The position numbers and the translations under genes are program-made. The notes beneath the pieces are model-generated. The model had not been told where the DNA came from, did not search any database, and worked only from the letters and a program-made list of their open reading frames with translations. From Deltaproteobacteria bacterium (lineage in GTDB: Bacteria; Desulfobacterota; Binatia; UBA12015): a DNA stretch of 27,354 nt. The number at the start of each line of letters is the position of its first letter. Positions within the stretch are counted from its first letter, which is position 1. Below are positions 1-10,060 of the stretch, piece after piece. The stretch covers positions 1 through 27,354 of the forward strand of contig JAYGCM010000050.1 of assembly GCA_046583355.1 (NCBI GenBank). The letters run 5' to 3'.

Positions 1-2
1 AG

Positions 3-386
3 CGTGTCGTGGAGGCATCGAAACCCGCCAATAGCGGTTTCGCGGACTTCATCAAGGCGATCTCGGAGCCCGAGCGCCCCGATCTGACGATCGAGAAGAT
101 CACCGGCGTCGTAGATGTGCTGAAGCCCCATCTTCTCGACGTCTACGAGCGCACCATGCGTGAGACGGATCAGATCTGCGATGCGCCGACAATCGATATT
201 CTCGAAGACGTGACCCGCAAGACGCGCCGTCATATCAGCTGGGGGCAAGCGGTCCTGGAGCGCTTATGCGCAACCGACGCTCTGCGCGAGCGGCGGCGGC
301 TGCGGGTGGCCGAACTCAACGCGATGCTCGAGGATTGCGGCGGTGTGACCGGTACTCTCCCGGGGGAAGGCATGACGCTGAACTGA
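3..386 (+). CDS. 5'-truncated hypothetical protein, probable ferritin-like helical bundle (C-terminal part)
   Basis: The frame is open from the window edge to TGA at 384-386. The sequence looks helical, and ILEDVTRKTRRHISWG resembles the last helix of ferritin-like proteins (usually DExxH). Confidence 0.55.
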   Translation, partial: RVVEASKPANSGFADFIKAISEPERPDLTIEKITGVVDVLKPHLLDVYERTMRETDQICDAPTIDILEDVTRKTRRHISWGQAVLERLCATDALRERRRLRVAELNAMLEDCGGVTGTLPGEGMTLN

Positions 387-443
387 TCTGCCGGGACCGG
401 GAGACTTTTCGGTTGTGGTCGATTCCCTGTTAGATGGAGCGAA

Positions 444-1421
444 ATGGCGGTGGCAAAGACCTTCTCTGCGAATTCCTTCCCGGCCGACTGGACGCGTGCC
501 GACCGTCTGGTCGCTGTGACAGCCTTTCCGTTGGTGATGCTGGGCACTCTCTTTGCGGGGTTTACGCTGATGCAGGGCGGCATGGCGGCACCGGAAGCGG
601 TCTCGCTATGCCTGCTCGGGGCCTATCCGACCATCGCCGTGTTGGAGCGTTTCTTCCCGCATCATCGCAGCTGGCTTAGGTCGCAGGGCGATTTGCGGGT
701 CGATATAGGCTGGGCTGCCACCAACGGCATTGTGAATCGTTTGGGCGAACCGCTGGTACTGGCGGGCGTCGTCTATCTGGCGAGTCTCGTCGCCACAGAT
801 TCGGGAGGCGGGCTCTGGCCGCATGCCTGGCCCTTTGTATTTCAGTTCGGACTGGCGCTCGTGGTCGCCGAGTTCGTCGAATATTGGGCGCATCGCTCGA
901 TGCACGAGGTCGATGGGCTCTGGCGCTTCCATGCCGTCCATCATTCGGCGCCGCGCCTCTATTTTCTCAATGCCGTACGCTTTCATCCGATCGACCTCTT
1001 CGTGATCGGCACCGGCAAGCTGATGCCCTTGGCCTTTCTCGGCGCCCCGCCGGAGTTGCTGGGTTTGGTGACGGTTTTTGCGGCGGTGCACGGCGCCTTC
1101 CAGCATTCCAACCTCAAGCTCAAGCTCGGTCCGCTGAATTGGGTTTTCAGCATGGCCGAGATGCACCGCTGGCATCATTCCCCGGTCCTGGCCGAGGCCA
1201 ACCGCAACTACGGCGGCAACCTGATCTTCTGGGATATCGTTTTCGGCACGCGTTGGTTGCCGGACGATAGAGAGCCGCCCGAAGCGATCGGCATGGAGGC
1301 GCTGCCGAAATTTCCGCAGGGCTTCTGGTGGCAGCTGGCATCGCCCTTTGCCTGGAAACGCATTGTGGCACGCTCGGGCGGGCCGGCCCCTCAAGAGTCG
1401 CACCACAATTCATCAGATTGA
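444..1421 (+). CDS. Sterol desaturase / fatty acid hydroxylase superfamily membrane di-iron enzyme
   Basis: His boxes YWAHRSMH, FHAVHHS, FQHSN and HRWHHS; NYG...WDIVFGT motif; several hydrophobic segments; GGAG before the ATG. Confidence 0.92.
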   Translation: MAVAKTFSANSFPADWTRADRLVAVTAFPLVMLGTLFAGFTLMQGGMAAPEAVSLCLLGAYPTIAVLERFFPHHRSWLRSQGDLRVDIGWAATNGIVNRLGEPLVLAGVVYLASLVATDSGGGLWPHAWPFVFQFGLALVVAEFVEYWAHRSMHEVDGLWRFHAVHHSAPRLYFLNAVRFHPIDLFVIGTGKLMPLAFLGAPPELLGLVTVFAAVHGAFQHSNLKLKLGPLNWVFSMAEMHRWHHSPVLAEANRNYGGNLIFWDIVFGTRWLPDDREPPEAIGMEALPKFPQGFWWQLASPFAWKRIVARSGGPAPQESHHNSSD

Positions 1422-2227
1422 GCCGCATTCGACGCCGCGGCGCCGGTTCTGATAGAGCGGCTGCGGTGGCCTACACGCCTGAGATTTTGACCTATGGTGC
1501 GCCTGCGGGTGCGGCGCTTGCGCTGCATATCTTTCGTCCGGCCGCCTGGATCTCGACGGATAGGCGCGCGGCGTGGCTCTTCTTTCATGGCGGAGGTTTT
1601 TCCGGAGGTTCACCGGAGCTTGGCTACGATATCGCGGCGGCCGTCGCGGAGTCGGGGCGAGTCGCCATCTGCGTCCAGTACCGTCATGCCTCAACGGCGG
1701 CGCAGGGGACCAAACTCGATGCGTTGGTCAGCGACGCCAAGGCGGCGGTGCGCTGGGTGCGCGCGCACGCAGCCGAGCAGGGCATCGACCCCGCGCGCGT
1801 GGTCGCCGGAGGCCACTCCGCCGGCGCTACGCTGGCCGCGGCAACCGCCTTGGTGCCCGGCTTCGAGTCCGGCGACCATCTGAACCAGAGTTCGCTGCCC
1901 GACGCCTTCTTGCCCTGGTCCGGTGCTTTGGTTCTGCGGGCCGGAAGTATGGCCGAGGTCTTCGCACCGGCCGGTGGCAGCATCGAGGATGTCTCGCCCT
2001 TCCATCATATTCACGCCGGCGCCGTGCCCTCTATCGTGCTGCACGGCAGCGAGGATATGCTGGTCCCGCATGCCTCCGCGCAGGTCTTCGTCGAGCGACT
2101 CCGGGCGGCTGGCGGGAAAACTGAATTGGTGACGATCGAAGGCGCCGACCATTTCTTTTTCGACGCAATGCACCGCGAACGGCTGATCGAAGAAACTCTC
2201 GCAGCGCTCGACCGCCTCGGCTGCTGA
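1418..2227 (+). CDS. Alpha/beta hydrolase (HSL-like esterase/lipase)
   Basis: HGGGF oxyanion motif, GHSAG nucleophile elbow, HGSEDMLV (Asp) and GADHFF (His). The start is uncertain; TTG at 1418 overlaps the upstream TGA (TTGA). Confidence 0.85.
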   Translation: MSRIRRRGAGSDRAAAVAYTPEILTYGAPAGAALALHIFRPAAWISTDRRAAWLFFHGGGFSGGSPELGYDIAAAVAESGRVAICVQYRHASTAAQGTKLDALVSDAKAAVRWVRAHAAEQGIDPARVVAGGHSAGATLAAATALVPGFESGDHLNQSSLPDAFLPWSGALVLRAGSMAEVFAPAGGSIEDVSPFHHIHAGAVPSIVLHGSEDMLVPHASAQVFVERLRAAGGKTELVTIEGADHFFFDAMHRERLIEETLAALDRLGC

Positions 2228-2344
2228 GCAAGCGCTCGGGCCACAGCCGAGGCCGACCGGTGGGCTGAAGCTTCGGAGCGGAGTACCGCAATTGGTGGAT
2301 TCCGCAATGTTGCGCGGGCGCTCGCCCGTGCGTAATTTCGCGGG

Positions 2345-3841
2345 ATGGCACAGATCATCGAAACCTCGCTCGGCAAGCTCGAAGGTGCGATACGAGAGGG
2401 CCACCTCGCCTTTCTCGGGATTCCCTATGCGGCCCCGCCGGTTGGCGAACGGCGCTTTGCGCCGCCGCAGGCGGCCGAGCCGTGGGCAGGCGTGCGCGAC
2501 GCCACGCAATACGCGCCGAGCTGCCCGCAGCCGCCGAGCCCGCTGCCGGGCATGATGGCTGGTCCTGCAGACGAGGCGCTTTGCCTGAACCTCAATGTCT
2601 TCACGCCGGCGGCCGGTGGGGCCAAGCGGCCCGTGATGGTCTGGATTCACGGTGGTGCCTTCACCACCGGCTCGGGCCGTCAGGCGATGTACGATGGTGG
2701 GGCGTTGGCGCGGCGCGGTGACGTGGTCGTCGTGACGGTCAATTACCGGCTCGGCGCTCTGGGCTGGCTTATGCCCGATGAGGGGAGCGATGGCGCGCGG
2801 TCGAACGTCGGATTGCTGGATCAGATCTCGGCCCTGCGCTGGGTGCAGGAAAACATCGAAGGCTTCGGCGGTGACGCGGCGAATGTCACGATCTTCGGCG
2901 AGTCGGCCGGCGGCATGTCGGTCACCACGCTGATGGCGACGTCGGCGGCGCGCGGACTCTTCCACAAGGCGATTCCGCAAAGCGGGGCAGCGCAGGCCAC
3001 GCTTTCGCGCGAGCAAAGTGCCGAGGCAACGGCCGAACTCAGTCGGGAGCTCGGGCACGCTTCGTTCTCGCTCGACAAGCTGCGCGCGGCATCGCCCGAA
3101 AATCTGATTGCAGCACAGGTAAAGACAATCGATAAGTTACAGCGCGATCGCTTGCTCGCATGGGCACCGGTGGTCGATGGCACGACTCTGCCCGAGCATC
3201 CCCTGGAGGCGGTTCGCGGTGGCTATGCGGCCGACATTCCCCTGCTGATCGGGTCAACGGCAGACGAATGGCGTCTCTTCACGATTGCGCTGCCGGAACA
3301 TCGGGATATGGACGAGGTCCAGCTCCGCCAGCGGATCGGCCGGCGCCTTACGAAGCTCGGCGGCGGTGACCCGGACGAGATGATCGGGCTTTACGATGGG
3401 GCGGGCGAATGCTGCGAGGTCTTTGATGCGATGGAGACGGACCGCCTCTTTCGGTTGCCGGCGATTCAGCTGGCCGAGGCCCAGCACGCGCATCAGCGCC
3501 AGACCTTCATGTATCGATTCTCCTGGCCCTCGCCGGCCGTGCGCGGCCGCTTGGGTGCCTGCCATGCGGTCGAGCTTCCCTTCGTCTTCGGCACGCTTGA
3601 CGCACCGGGAATGGATAAATTTGCCGGCACCGGTGCGGCCGCCGAAGCACTTTCGAGCCAAGTGATGGATGCCTGGGTCGCCTTTGCCCGTCACGGCGAC
3701 CCGGCGCGCGGCGGCGCGGTAGATTGGGCCCCCTTCGATGCCCTGCGCCGCACGACCTTCGATTTCGCTGCCGACTCGCGCGTGGTGGAGCGCCCGGGCG
3801 AAGAACGCCGCGAGGCGTGGGCCGCGCTCCTCGAAGACTGA
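2345..3841 (+). CDS. Type B carboxylesterase (para-nitrobenzyl esterase-like)
   Basis: FLGIPYAAPP, VMVWIHGGAF, VNYRLG, TIFGESAGG (catalytic Ser), GSTADE (Glu) and GACHAVEL (His). Confidence 0.95.
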   Translation: MAQIIETSLGKLEGAIREGHLAFLGIPYAAPPVGERRFAPPQAAEPWAGVRDATQYAPSCPQPPSPLPGMMAGPADEALCLNLNVFTPAAGGAKRPVMVWIHGGAFTTGSGRQAMYDGGALARRGDVVVVTVNYRLGALGWLMPDEGSDGARSNVGLLDQISALRWVQENIEGFGGDAANVTIFGESAGGMSVTTLMATSAARGLFHKAIPQSGAAQATLSREQSAEATAELSRELGHASFSLDKLRAASPENLIAAQVKTIDKLQRDRLLAWAPVVDGTTLPEHPLEAVRGGYAADIPLLIGSTADEWRLFTIALPEHRDMDEVQLRQRIGRRLTKLGGGDPDEMIGLYDGAGECCEVFDAMETDRLFRLPAIQLAEAQHAHQRQTFMYRFSWPSPAVRGRLGACHAVELPFVFGTLDAPGMDKFAGTGAAAEALSSQVMDAWVAFARHGDPARGGAVDWAPFDALRRTTFDFAADSRVVERPGEERREAWAALLED

Positions 3842-3863
3842 TATCAAACCAAGAAAGAGAACC

Positions 3864-5300
<1,437 letters not shown>

Positions 5301-5366
5301 GGCGGTGCGGTCGGCCGGCGTGCATCTTCTCTGGGAAGCCGCGCGGAATGCTGGTAGCGATCAGGG

Positions 5367-7082
5367 ATGCATCGACTCGCGCATAGGCTTGCTGTTTTTC
5401 TTTGTTTGGGGGCGTTTGCCTGTGGAGCGTCCGAGCCGCCCTTTGTCGAACCGCCGGTCATCACGCCCGGCGACAATGGCTGGCTGCGTCTGACCCTGAC
5501 ACCGAAGTATTCGGAGATTTTGCTGGACGAGACCAAGAGGCGCACGCGCGTCTACGCCGGTGCTTTTTCGCCGCCGACCTGGCAGGTGGCCCGCGGCGGT
5601 ATCTTCGCTGTGACCCTCAACAACGAGCTGCCCGAGCAACCGACCAATCTGCACTTCGACGGCATGAGCGTAACGCCGATCGACAATGACACCTGGAGTG
5701 GTGACGACGTTTTTGCGAGCGTCGAGCCTGGTGCCAGCCGATTTTATTTTTTCAGAGTCCCCGCCGACCATCCGGCCGGTATTTTCTCCTACCGGGCCGC
5801 TCCCTTCGGCCTCACGGCCGGGCAAGTCGGTAACGGCATGGCCGGGGCGATTGTGGTTACGGGCTCGCTCGATGCTTTCCCGCAGCTTGCCGGCCTGTCA
5901 CAGCGCATGATGGTTCTGAAGGATGTCCAATACGCGGCCGATGGCAGCCTGCTGACGCCGCCCGATACCGGCGCGACGACGGTGCTCACCGTCAATGGTC
6001 TGGTGCGCCCGCGCCTCAAGGCGCAGCCCGGCGAGATGCAGCTATGGAATATTCTCAACGCCAGCGCCGACCTATATTACCGCATCTCGCTAGCCGGCCA
6101 TACCTTGCATGAGCTCGCGCGCGACGGGAATCTCCATACCAGGCTCGTTGCCCGACAGAGCATCCTTCTGCCGCCATCGGCTCGCACGCAGGTGTTGATA
6201 TCGGCGGCCGACGAAGGCGAATACCTCTTGACGGCTGCGCGGATGGGCAACCAGCCACCCGATTTTGAAGAGTTCTTCGCCGGCGCGAGCCCGCTCTACT
6301 CGGCCGGTGCCTGTGCGGCCGAGGTTCCGGTCAATACCACGGGGTGCTCGGGCCTCGCCGCCGAGACCTGCATGGGGCCGCAGGGTCCCTGCCTTGCGGG
6401 GGGAACGTTATTGACGCTGTGGGTCAAGGGGGACCGCGTACTTTCGCCACAACTGCCCTCGGACGACCAGTTTCCGGCCGTGTCCGACCTGCGTGATACG
6501 GCGCGCTGCCGGCGCCGTGTGGTGAATTTGCAGGCATCGCTCGATGGCCAGGATCTTTTCATCAACGATCAGCCTTTCGATTCCAGCCGCATAGATTTCG
6601 AGGTCGACCTGGCGCAAGAAGAAGATTGCGTAGAGGAATGGCAGATCAATAATTGCACCGGCGAGAACCATGTCTTTCATATCGGACAGGTCGATTTCCA
6701 GGTGATCGAGGTCGATGGCGTGGCCAGCCAATTCCTTGGCTATCAAGATACGGTCAACGTTCCTTTTCGCGATTGCGACCGTTTCCGGGAAGAATCTTCG
6801 CAATGCCAATCGCGCGAGGTCGATGAGCGAGTCTGGCCTCTCTACAGCTGCCCCACGGACGACGACCCGAGGGGACGCGTAGTCGTGCGCATTCCCTTCA
6901 CCCCGGTTTCGGCCGGGAAGTTCACCTTCCAATGCGCAGAGGCGGGGCATGCCGACAACGGAATGATGGGTGTAGTGGAGGTCTGTGGCGACGGTGCGGT
7001 AGCCTGTTCCGGCGACCTGGATCCGGGCACCGATCCGGACGATCGCGATCCCGTGACGCCGGGACGCGACGACGAGTTCTAG
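5367..7082 (+). CDS. Three-domain multicopper-oxidase-fold lipoprotein with degenerate type-3 copper ligands
   Basis: Signal peptide with lipobox AFAC. Cupredoxin landmarks TNLHFDG, GIFSYRAAP, GMAGAIVV, VNG, ARDG, NHVFHIGQ, QDTVNVP and QCAEAGHADNGMM. Confidence 0.88.
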   Translation: MHRLAHRLAVFLCLGAFACGASEPPFVEPPVITPGDNGWLRLTLTPKYSEILLDETKRRTRVYAGAFSPPTWQVARGGIFAVTLNNELPEQPTNLHFDGMSVTPIDNDTWSGDDVFASVEPGASRFYFFRVPADHPAGIFSYRAAPFGLTAGQVGNGMAGAIVVTGSLDAFPQLAGLSQRMMVLKDVQYAADGSLLTPPDTGATTVLTVNGLVRPRLKAQPGEMQLWNILNASADLYYRISLAGHTLHELARDGNLHTRLVARQSILLPPSARTQVLISAADEGEYLLTAARMGNQPPDFEEFFAGASPLYSAGACAAEVPVNTTGCSGLAAETCMGPQGPCLAGGTLLTLWVKGDRVLSPQLPSDDQFPAVSDLRDTARCRRRVVNLQASLDGQDLFINDQPFDSSRIDFEVDLAQEEDCVEEWQINNCTGENHVFHIGQVDFQVIEVDGVASQFLGYQDTVNVPFRDCDRFREESSQCQSREVDERVWPLYSCPTDDDPRGRVVVRIPFTPVSAGKFTFQCAEAGHADNGMMGVVEVCGDGAVACSGDLDPGTDPDDRDPVTPGRDDEF

Positions 7083-7185
7083 TGGTCCGGCGGAATCACC
7101 AAGAGGTCCGGCCGAAGAGCATCGATGGAATCGGCCGCGCCGGCTCGTGCGAGCGGGGCGCGCTCGCATCCGCTAGGCAACACCA

Positions 7186-7776
7186 ATGGCGAAGCGACTT
7201 GAGTTCTTTTTCGATTACGGCAGCCCCTATAGTTATTTTGCGGACACCCAATTATCGGGCTTCGCCAAGCGCACGGGCTGTGAGATCGTCTACCGTCCGA
7301 TGCTCCTTGGCGGTGTTTTCAAGGCCGTGGGCGGGCACTCGCCGATGGCGGAACCGATCGAAGCGAAGCGCCGCTATTTCGGCGTCGAGCTGCGCCGTTT
7401 CGTGAGCTATTATAAAGTTCCGTTCAACAGTCCGCCGGGCTTCCCGATCAATACGCTCCAACTCATGCGCACCGCGCATGCCGCACAGCGCGACGGAGTC
7501 TTTGCGGAGTTCCATCGTGTGGTTTACCCGGCATTTTGGGGCGAGGGCAAAGCGATGGGCGATCTGCGCGTGGTCGCGAAGGTGCTGAACGCGGCCGGGC
7601 TCGATGCGGAGGCATTGCTGGCCGCTTCGCTTGATGCCGACGTGAAGCTGGAACTGCGTGAGACGACCGAAGAGGCCGTTGAGCGTGGCGCCTTCGGTGC
7701 ACCGACTTTCTTCCTCGAAGAAGAGATGTTCTTTGGCGCCGACCGTTTGCCTTTCCTTGAGAAGCTCCTCTCCTGA
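7186..7776 (+). CDS. 2-hydroxychromene-2-carboxylate isomerase-like protein (DsbA/GST-kappa family)
   Basis: N-terminal FFFDYGSPYSY, RPMLLGGVF, FPINT, and C-terminal GAFGAPTFF...MFFGADRL. Confidence 0.92.
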   Translation: MAKRLEFFFDYGSPYSYFADTQLSGFAKRTGCEIVYRPMLLGGVFKAVGGHSPMAEPIEAKRRYFGVELRRFVSYYKVPFNSPPGFPINTLQLMRTAHAAQRDGVFAEFHRVVYPAFWGEGKAMGDLRVVAKVLNAAGLDAEALLAASLDADVKLELRETTEEAVERGAFGAPTFFLEEEMFFGADRLPFLEKLLS

Positions 7777-7795
7777 ACCCGGTCTGGCTCCTGCC

Positions 7796-7819
7796 TGAGG
7801 AAAACATTGATTTTCCTCA
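7796..7819. promoter_or_regulatory. Perfect 9-bp inverted repeat TGAGGAAAA-N6-TTTTCCTCA (candidate operator or terminator hairpin)
   Basis: Seen directly, about 20 nt after the isomerase stop and about 130 nt upstream of the TetR gene. It is AT-rich against a GC-rich background. Confidence 0.45.
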
Positions 7820-7952
7820 CGGCGCCACTGGCTCGACCGGTCGGTAGAGGTCCGGACGGAAATCCGCTCGATGCGGATGCCGAGATTCGGGTTCGAGTTT
7901 CACCCATCCTGTAGTTTGAGTAATCGGAGTTTTCCGCCTACTCTCTTCGCCG

Positions 7953-8597
7953 ATGGCTCGCACCCGCACGCAATCGAACCTCGAAGTCGCCCGCGAGAAG
8001 ATGTACCGCGACCTCGTCTTCGAATGCGCCGAGCATGCCTTCGCCGAGCAGGGCTATGCCAAGACGACGATGAACGATATCGCCGCCGAGGCGGGTATTT
8101 CGCTCAAGACGCTCTATGCCGTCTCGCTGGGCAAGAAGGAATTATACTCGGAGATCCGCCGCCGTCGCGGAACCGAGTTTCTCGAATATATGCTCGCCGG
8201 CTTGGCGCGCACCCACGGTGCCCTCGCAAGGCTGGACAAGGGCGTGCATGTTTATGTGGCCTTCTTGCTCGAGCACCGCGATTTCTTTCGTATCCAGCTC
8301 CGCGAGGGGCGCTCCTGGGGACTCGGGCCGACAGGCGACGGGATAGGGGAGTGGCGCCGCGGGCTGGAGATGCAGAACGCTTTGCTGCGCGATGGCGTTG
8401 CCGAGGGTGTGTTTCTTGACGGCGACCTCTCGCTTCTGGCAGCTTCCGCTACCGCGATGCTTCAAGTGCAGCTCGCCGGCATCCTCGAGCGCGAAGAGCA
8501 TCGTGGCGACAAATCAGGTATTGATGCCGAAGTGATTGGCGCAGAGATCGCGGAGATTCTTCGCCGCCTCATTGTTAAGCCTGATCTAGCGCATTGA
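7953..8597 (+). CDS. TetR/AcrR family transcriptional regulator
   Basis: N-terminal HTH FAEQGYAKTTMNDIAAEAGISLKTLY; 214 aa; C-terminal GVAEGVF motif. Confidence 0.93.
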   Translation: MARTRTQSNLEVAREKMYRDLVFECAEHAFAEQGYAKTTMNDIAAEAGISLKTLYAVSLGKKELYSEIRRRRGTEFLEYMLAGLARTHGALARLDKGVHVYVAFLLEHRDFFRIQLREGRSWGLGPTGDGIGEWRRGLEMQNALLRDGVAEGVFLDGDLSLLAASATAMLQVQLAGILEREEHRGDKSGIDAEVIGAEIAEILRRLIVKPDLAH

Positions 8598-8622
8598 GGC
8601 GCGGCCCGGGCTTCCGGTGCTC

Positions 8623-9939
8623 CTAAGTGAATCGGTTGACCAGGTTCTCCAGCATCTCCTGGCGTCCGCTTCGTGGCTGGGGTTCGTCGCCTGCCTCGCG
8701 TACATGGCGGTCCAGCTCTTGGAGGCTCGTCTCGCCAGCCAGGATACTCTTGCCCAGGGCGCCGTCCCAATCGGCATAGCGTTGCTGGAGGTGTTCGCCG
8801 AGGCCGCCATCTTCGAGCATCGCTGCGGCGGCCAGGGTAGCGCGCGCCAGCGTATCAATGCCGCCGATATGGGCGTGGAAGAGGTCGTCGGGTTGGATGC
8901 TCTGGCGGCGCAGGTGGGCATCGAAGTTGAACCCGCCGCGGCCCAGGCCGCCACTGCGCAGAACTTCGTAGACGCCCAGCATGAGTTCGACGTGGTCGTT
9001 GGGGAATTGGTCGGTATCCCATCCGTTTTGCGGGTCGCCGCGGTTGGCATCCACGCTGCCCAGCATTCCCTCGGACGCCGCCCAGGCGATCTCGTGGTGA
9101 AACGAATGCCCGGCCAGGGTCGCGTGGTTGACCTCGATATTCAGCTTGATCTCGTTTTCCAGGCCGAAGCGGCGCAGGAAGCCGATGATGGTGGCGGCAT
9201 CGAAGTCGTATTGGTGCTTGGTCGGCTCGCAGGGCTTGGGTTCGATCAGCAACTCGCCCTTGAAGCCGATTTTATGTTTGTGCTCGACGATCAGCGAGAG
9301 GAAGCGGCCGAATTGCTCCTGCTCGCGGCCGAGGTCGGTATTGAGCAGGGTATCGTAGCCCTCGCGGCCTCCCCAGAGAACATAATTCTCGCCGCCGAGC
9401 CGGTGCGTCGCTTCGAGAATATGTTTTACCTGGGCGGCGGCGTAGGCAAAGACCTGCGGGTCCGGGTTGGTCGCGGCTCCGGCGGCGTAGCGGGGGTGGC
9501 CGAAGAGGTTGGCCGTACCCCAGAGCAGTCGCGTGCCAGTGCGCTCCATGGCCGCCTCGACCTCGTCCAGAATCGTGTCGAGAAGCTGGCAGCTTTCGGC
9601 GAATGTCGTGCCCTCGGGTGCGAGGTCGCGGTCGTGGAAGCAGAAAAACGGGTTGCCGAGTTTGGCGAAGAACTCGAAGCCGACCTCGACCTTGCGCCGT
9701 GCCTGCGCCATTTCGTCGCCGCCTTCTTCGTGCCAGGGGCGCGCGAGACTCGGCGCACCGAAAGCATCGCCGCCGGGCCAGCACAGCGTATGCCACCAAC
9801 ACACGGCGATGCGCAGATGCTCTTCGAGCGGGCGGCCGAGCACCATGCGGCTGGCGTCATAGTAGCGGTAGGCGAGCGGATTGGTGGACTCCGGTCCTTC
9901 GTAGGCGATCTTCTTGACGTCGGGAAAGAACTCATCCAT
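8623..9939 (-). CDS. xylA: Xylose isomerase (class II)
   Basis: [63 protein letters not shown] and SGRQE; 438 aa. Confidence 0.97.
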   Translation of the reverse strand: MDEFFPDVKKIAYEGPESTNPLAYRYYDASRMVLGRPLEEHLRIAVCWWHTLCWPGGDAFGAPSLARPWHEEGGDEMAQARRKVEVGFEFFAKLGNPFFCFHDRDLAPEGTTFAESCQLLDTILDEVEAAMERTGTRLLWGTANLFGHPRYAAGAATNPDPQVFAYAAAQVKHILEATHRLGGENYVLWGGREGYDTLLNTDLGREQEQFGRFLSLIVEHKHKIGFKGELLIEPKPCEPTKHQYDFDAATIIGFLRRFGLENEIKLNIEVNHATLAGHSFHHEIAWAASEGMLGSVDANRGDPQNGWDTDQFPNDHVELMLGVYEVLRSGGLGRGGFNFDAHLRRQSIQPDDLFHAHIGGIDTLARATLAAAAMLEDGGLGEHLQQRYADWDGALGKSILAGETSLQELDRHVREAGDEPQPRSGRQEMLENLVNRFT

Positions 9940-9996
9940 GCGCTCTGCTTTATCATGCTCGGCTGCTCGGAGCCGTCTGCCAGAGCTGCCTCACGG

Positions 9997-10035
9997 TGAT
10001 TTGTTTGTGAAACACATTGGTTTGTTTGCGAAACA
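9997..10035. promoter_or_regulatory. Tandem palindromic operator-like repeats TGTTT-N3-AAACA with 21-bp period
   Basis: TGATTTGTTTGTGAAACA (9997-10014) and TGGTTTGTTTGCGAAACA (10018-10035) lie in the divergent xylA/P450 intergenic region. Confidence 0.6.
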
Positions 10036-10060
10036 GGTGGTTTCAGGATGGGAGGGGCTG

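Noticed and set aside
2276..2312. CCGCAAT direct repeat and CGCAA-TG-TTGCG palindrome upstream of the carboxylesterase
   Set aside because: The arms are too short to distinguish from chance without comparative data.
1691..3058. 455-aa minus-strand ORF spanning two hydrolase genes
   Set aside because: It is antisense to two well-supported genes, Arg-rich and without motifs.
3738..3863. N-terminal extensions in the ORF track (also 1328, 9914, 13506, 17181, 21194 and 24418)
   Set aside because: They overlap neighbouring genes or regulatory DNA. Downstream starts have an RBS, stop/start coupling or family-typical N-termini.
5367..7082. Calling the MCO-like gene a functional laccase/CueO or a pseudogene
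   Set aside because: It lacks the T3 ligands needed for O2 reduction, yet the ORF is intact and selectively keeps the T1 and T2 ligands.
8617..9999. 460-aa plus-strand ORF
   Set aside because: It is the antisense shadow of xylA. Long antisense ORFs are expected at high GC, and it has no recognisable motifs.
9997..10035. Mini-CRISPR interpretation of the tandem repeat
   Set aside because: There are only two 18-nt units with a 3-nt gap, no spacers and no cas genes.
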